Shown here: piece by piece, positions 44,429 to 45,029 of the stretch
Layout: each line of letters begins with the position of its first letter
Position numbering within the stretch: position 1 is the stretch's first letter
From: an uncultured Limnohabitans sp.
Lineage (GTDB): Bacteria > Pseudomonadota > Gammaproteobacteria > Burkholderiales > Burkholderiaceae_C
Direction: 5' to 3'
DNA: 45,029 nt
Assembly: GCA_964431215.1 (NCBI GenBank)
Contig: CAYSIY010000001.1
Location: forward strand, 1-45,029
Position numbers and translations under genes: made by a program
Notes under the pieces: model-generated
Database searches by the model: none
Seen by the model: the letters and a program-made list of their open reading frames with translations, nothing else
What the model was told of the DNA's origin: nothing

Positions 44429-45029
44429 TCGTCCCGCCCTGGGATGGAACATCGCCAGTGGCCGTTTTTTCTAGGGTGTTCGGTCTTCCTGTCCGACCGG
44501 CCTAGGGCCGGTTTTCTGTTTGGCGGACCTGCAGGACTTGGGTGCAGCGTTTTGCTGGCCGTCGCCGCACGGACGGCGGGTCTCCCTTTGGTCGTTGCCG
44601 CCGCCCGTGCGGTTTGCCCGCTGTGCGGTCATGTGGCCTGCGGCCACATCCTCGGCTCGTCCCGGCTGGAGCCGGAACATCGCCGATGGCCGCTTCCTGA
44701 ACGGTGCGCGGCATTCCATTCGGACCGGCCTAGGGCCGGTTTTCCCTTTGAAGGGCTTGCAAGCCCGAGGCGCGATTTTCGGCAAGCCGTAAATTCGCGC
44801 CTGTGTTGCCCACAGCGTCCACATCCCACTTGCCGCCACTTGCCCACGCTGCGGTGGACAAGTGAGTCGGCAACCCTACGCCGGAACTCATGAAGGTTCC
44901 GCTCCGGGCTTGGGTCTGTGGACTTGTGGACAACACAGCATGATCTCTAAGCTGATTTGTGATCCCATTGGATTCTCGGCTCGTCCCGGCTGGAGCCGGA
45001 ACATCGCCGATGGCCGCTTCCTGAACGGT
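44429..45029. repeat. Dispersed structured repeats of ~134 bp (44429-44562, 44657-44790, 44981 to end)
   Basis: Shared TCGTCCCG..GGAACATCGCC..TGGCCG..GACCGGCCTAGGGCCGGTTTTC..TGCA..GCCGT; 44651-44705 is identical to 44975-45029. Confidence 0.85.

Noticed and set aside
44429-45029. CRISPR array
   Set aside because: Units are ~134 bp, diverged and irregularly spaced; no cas genes in the window.

Overview
This is a 45-kb segment of a conjugative plasmid, probably from a betaproteobacterium (inferred from gene content and style, not from a search). It has four parts. (1) An F-type (MPF-F) transfer region at 1-23.5 kb, mostly on the minus strand: dsbC, lytic transglycosylase, traW-traU-trbC, traL-E-K-B-V-A-C-trbI-trhF-traF-traH-traG, and a separate Sel1-hypothetical-traN unit. 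A divergent GspE/PilB-type ATPase, DsbA-like and HTH operon sits inside it. No relaxase or coupling protein is in the window. (2) A PLD nuclease and a DUF1173-like gene. (3) An iteron replicon (Rep_3-like initiator, four 22-bp iterons, two DnaA boxes, AT-rich repeats), parAB, and a large tyrosine recombinase with a candidate crossover site. (4) A co-oriented plus-strand leading/establishment region at 32.3-45 kb: SprT-like, HTH proteins, H-NS, ParB-like, orphan DNA methyltransferase, RadC, SSB and KlcA/ArdB antirestriction. The most unusual signals are non-coding and lie in the leading region. A covarying hairpin with an invariant CGGTT loop sits 14-33 nt before five start codons. Three promoters share a GTGCGGA box, two of them within a ~260-bp duplicated cassette. 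Several long fold-backs resemble single-stranded (Frpo-type) promoters. A structured ~134-bp repeat family runs off the right end. All calls come from motif recognition and synteny by eye; no database searches were run.
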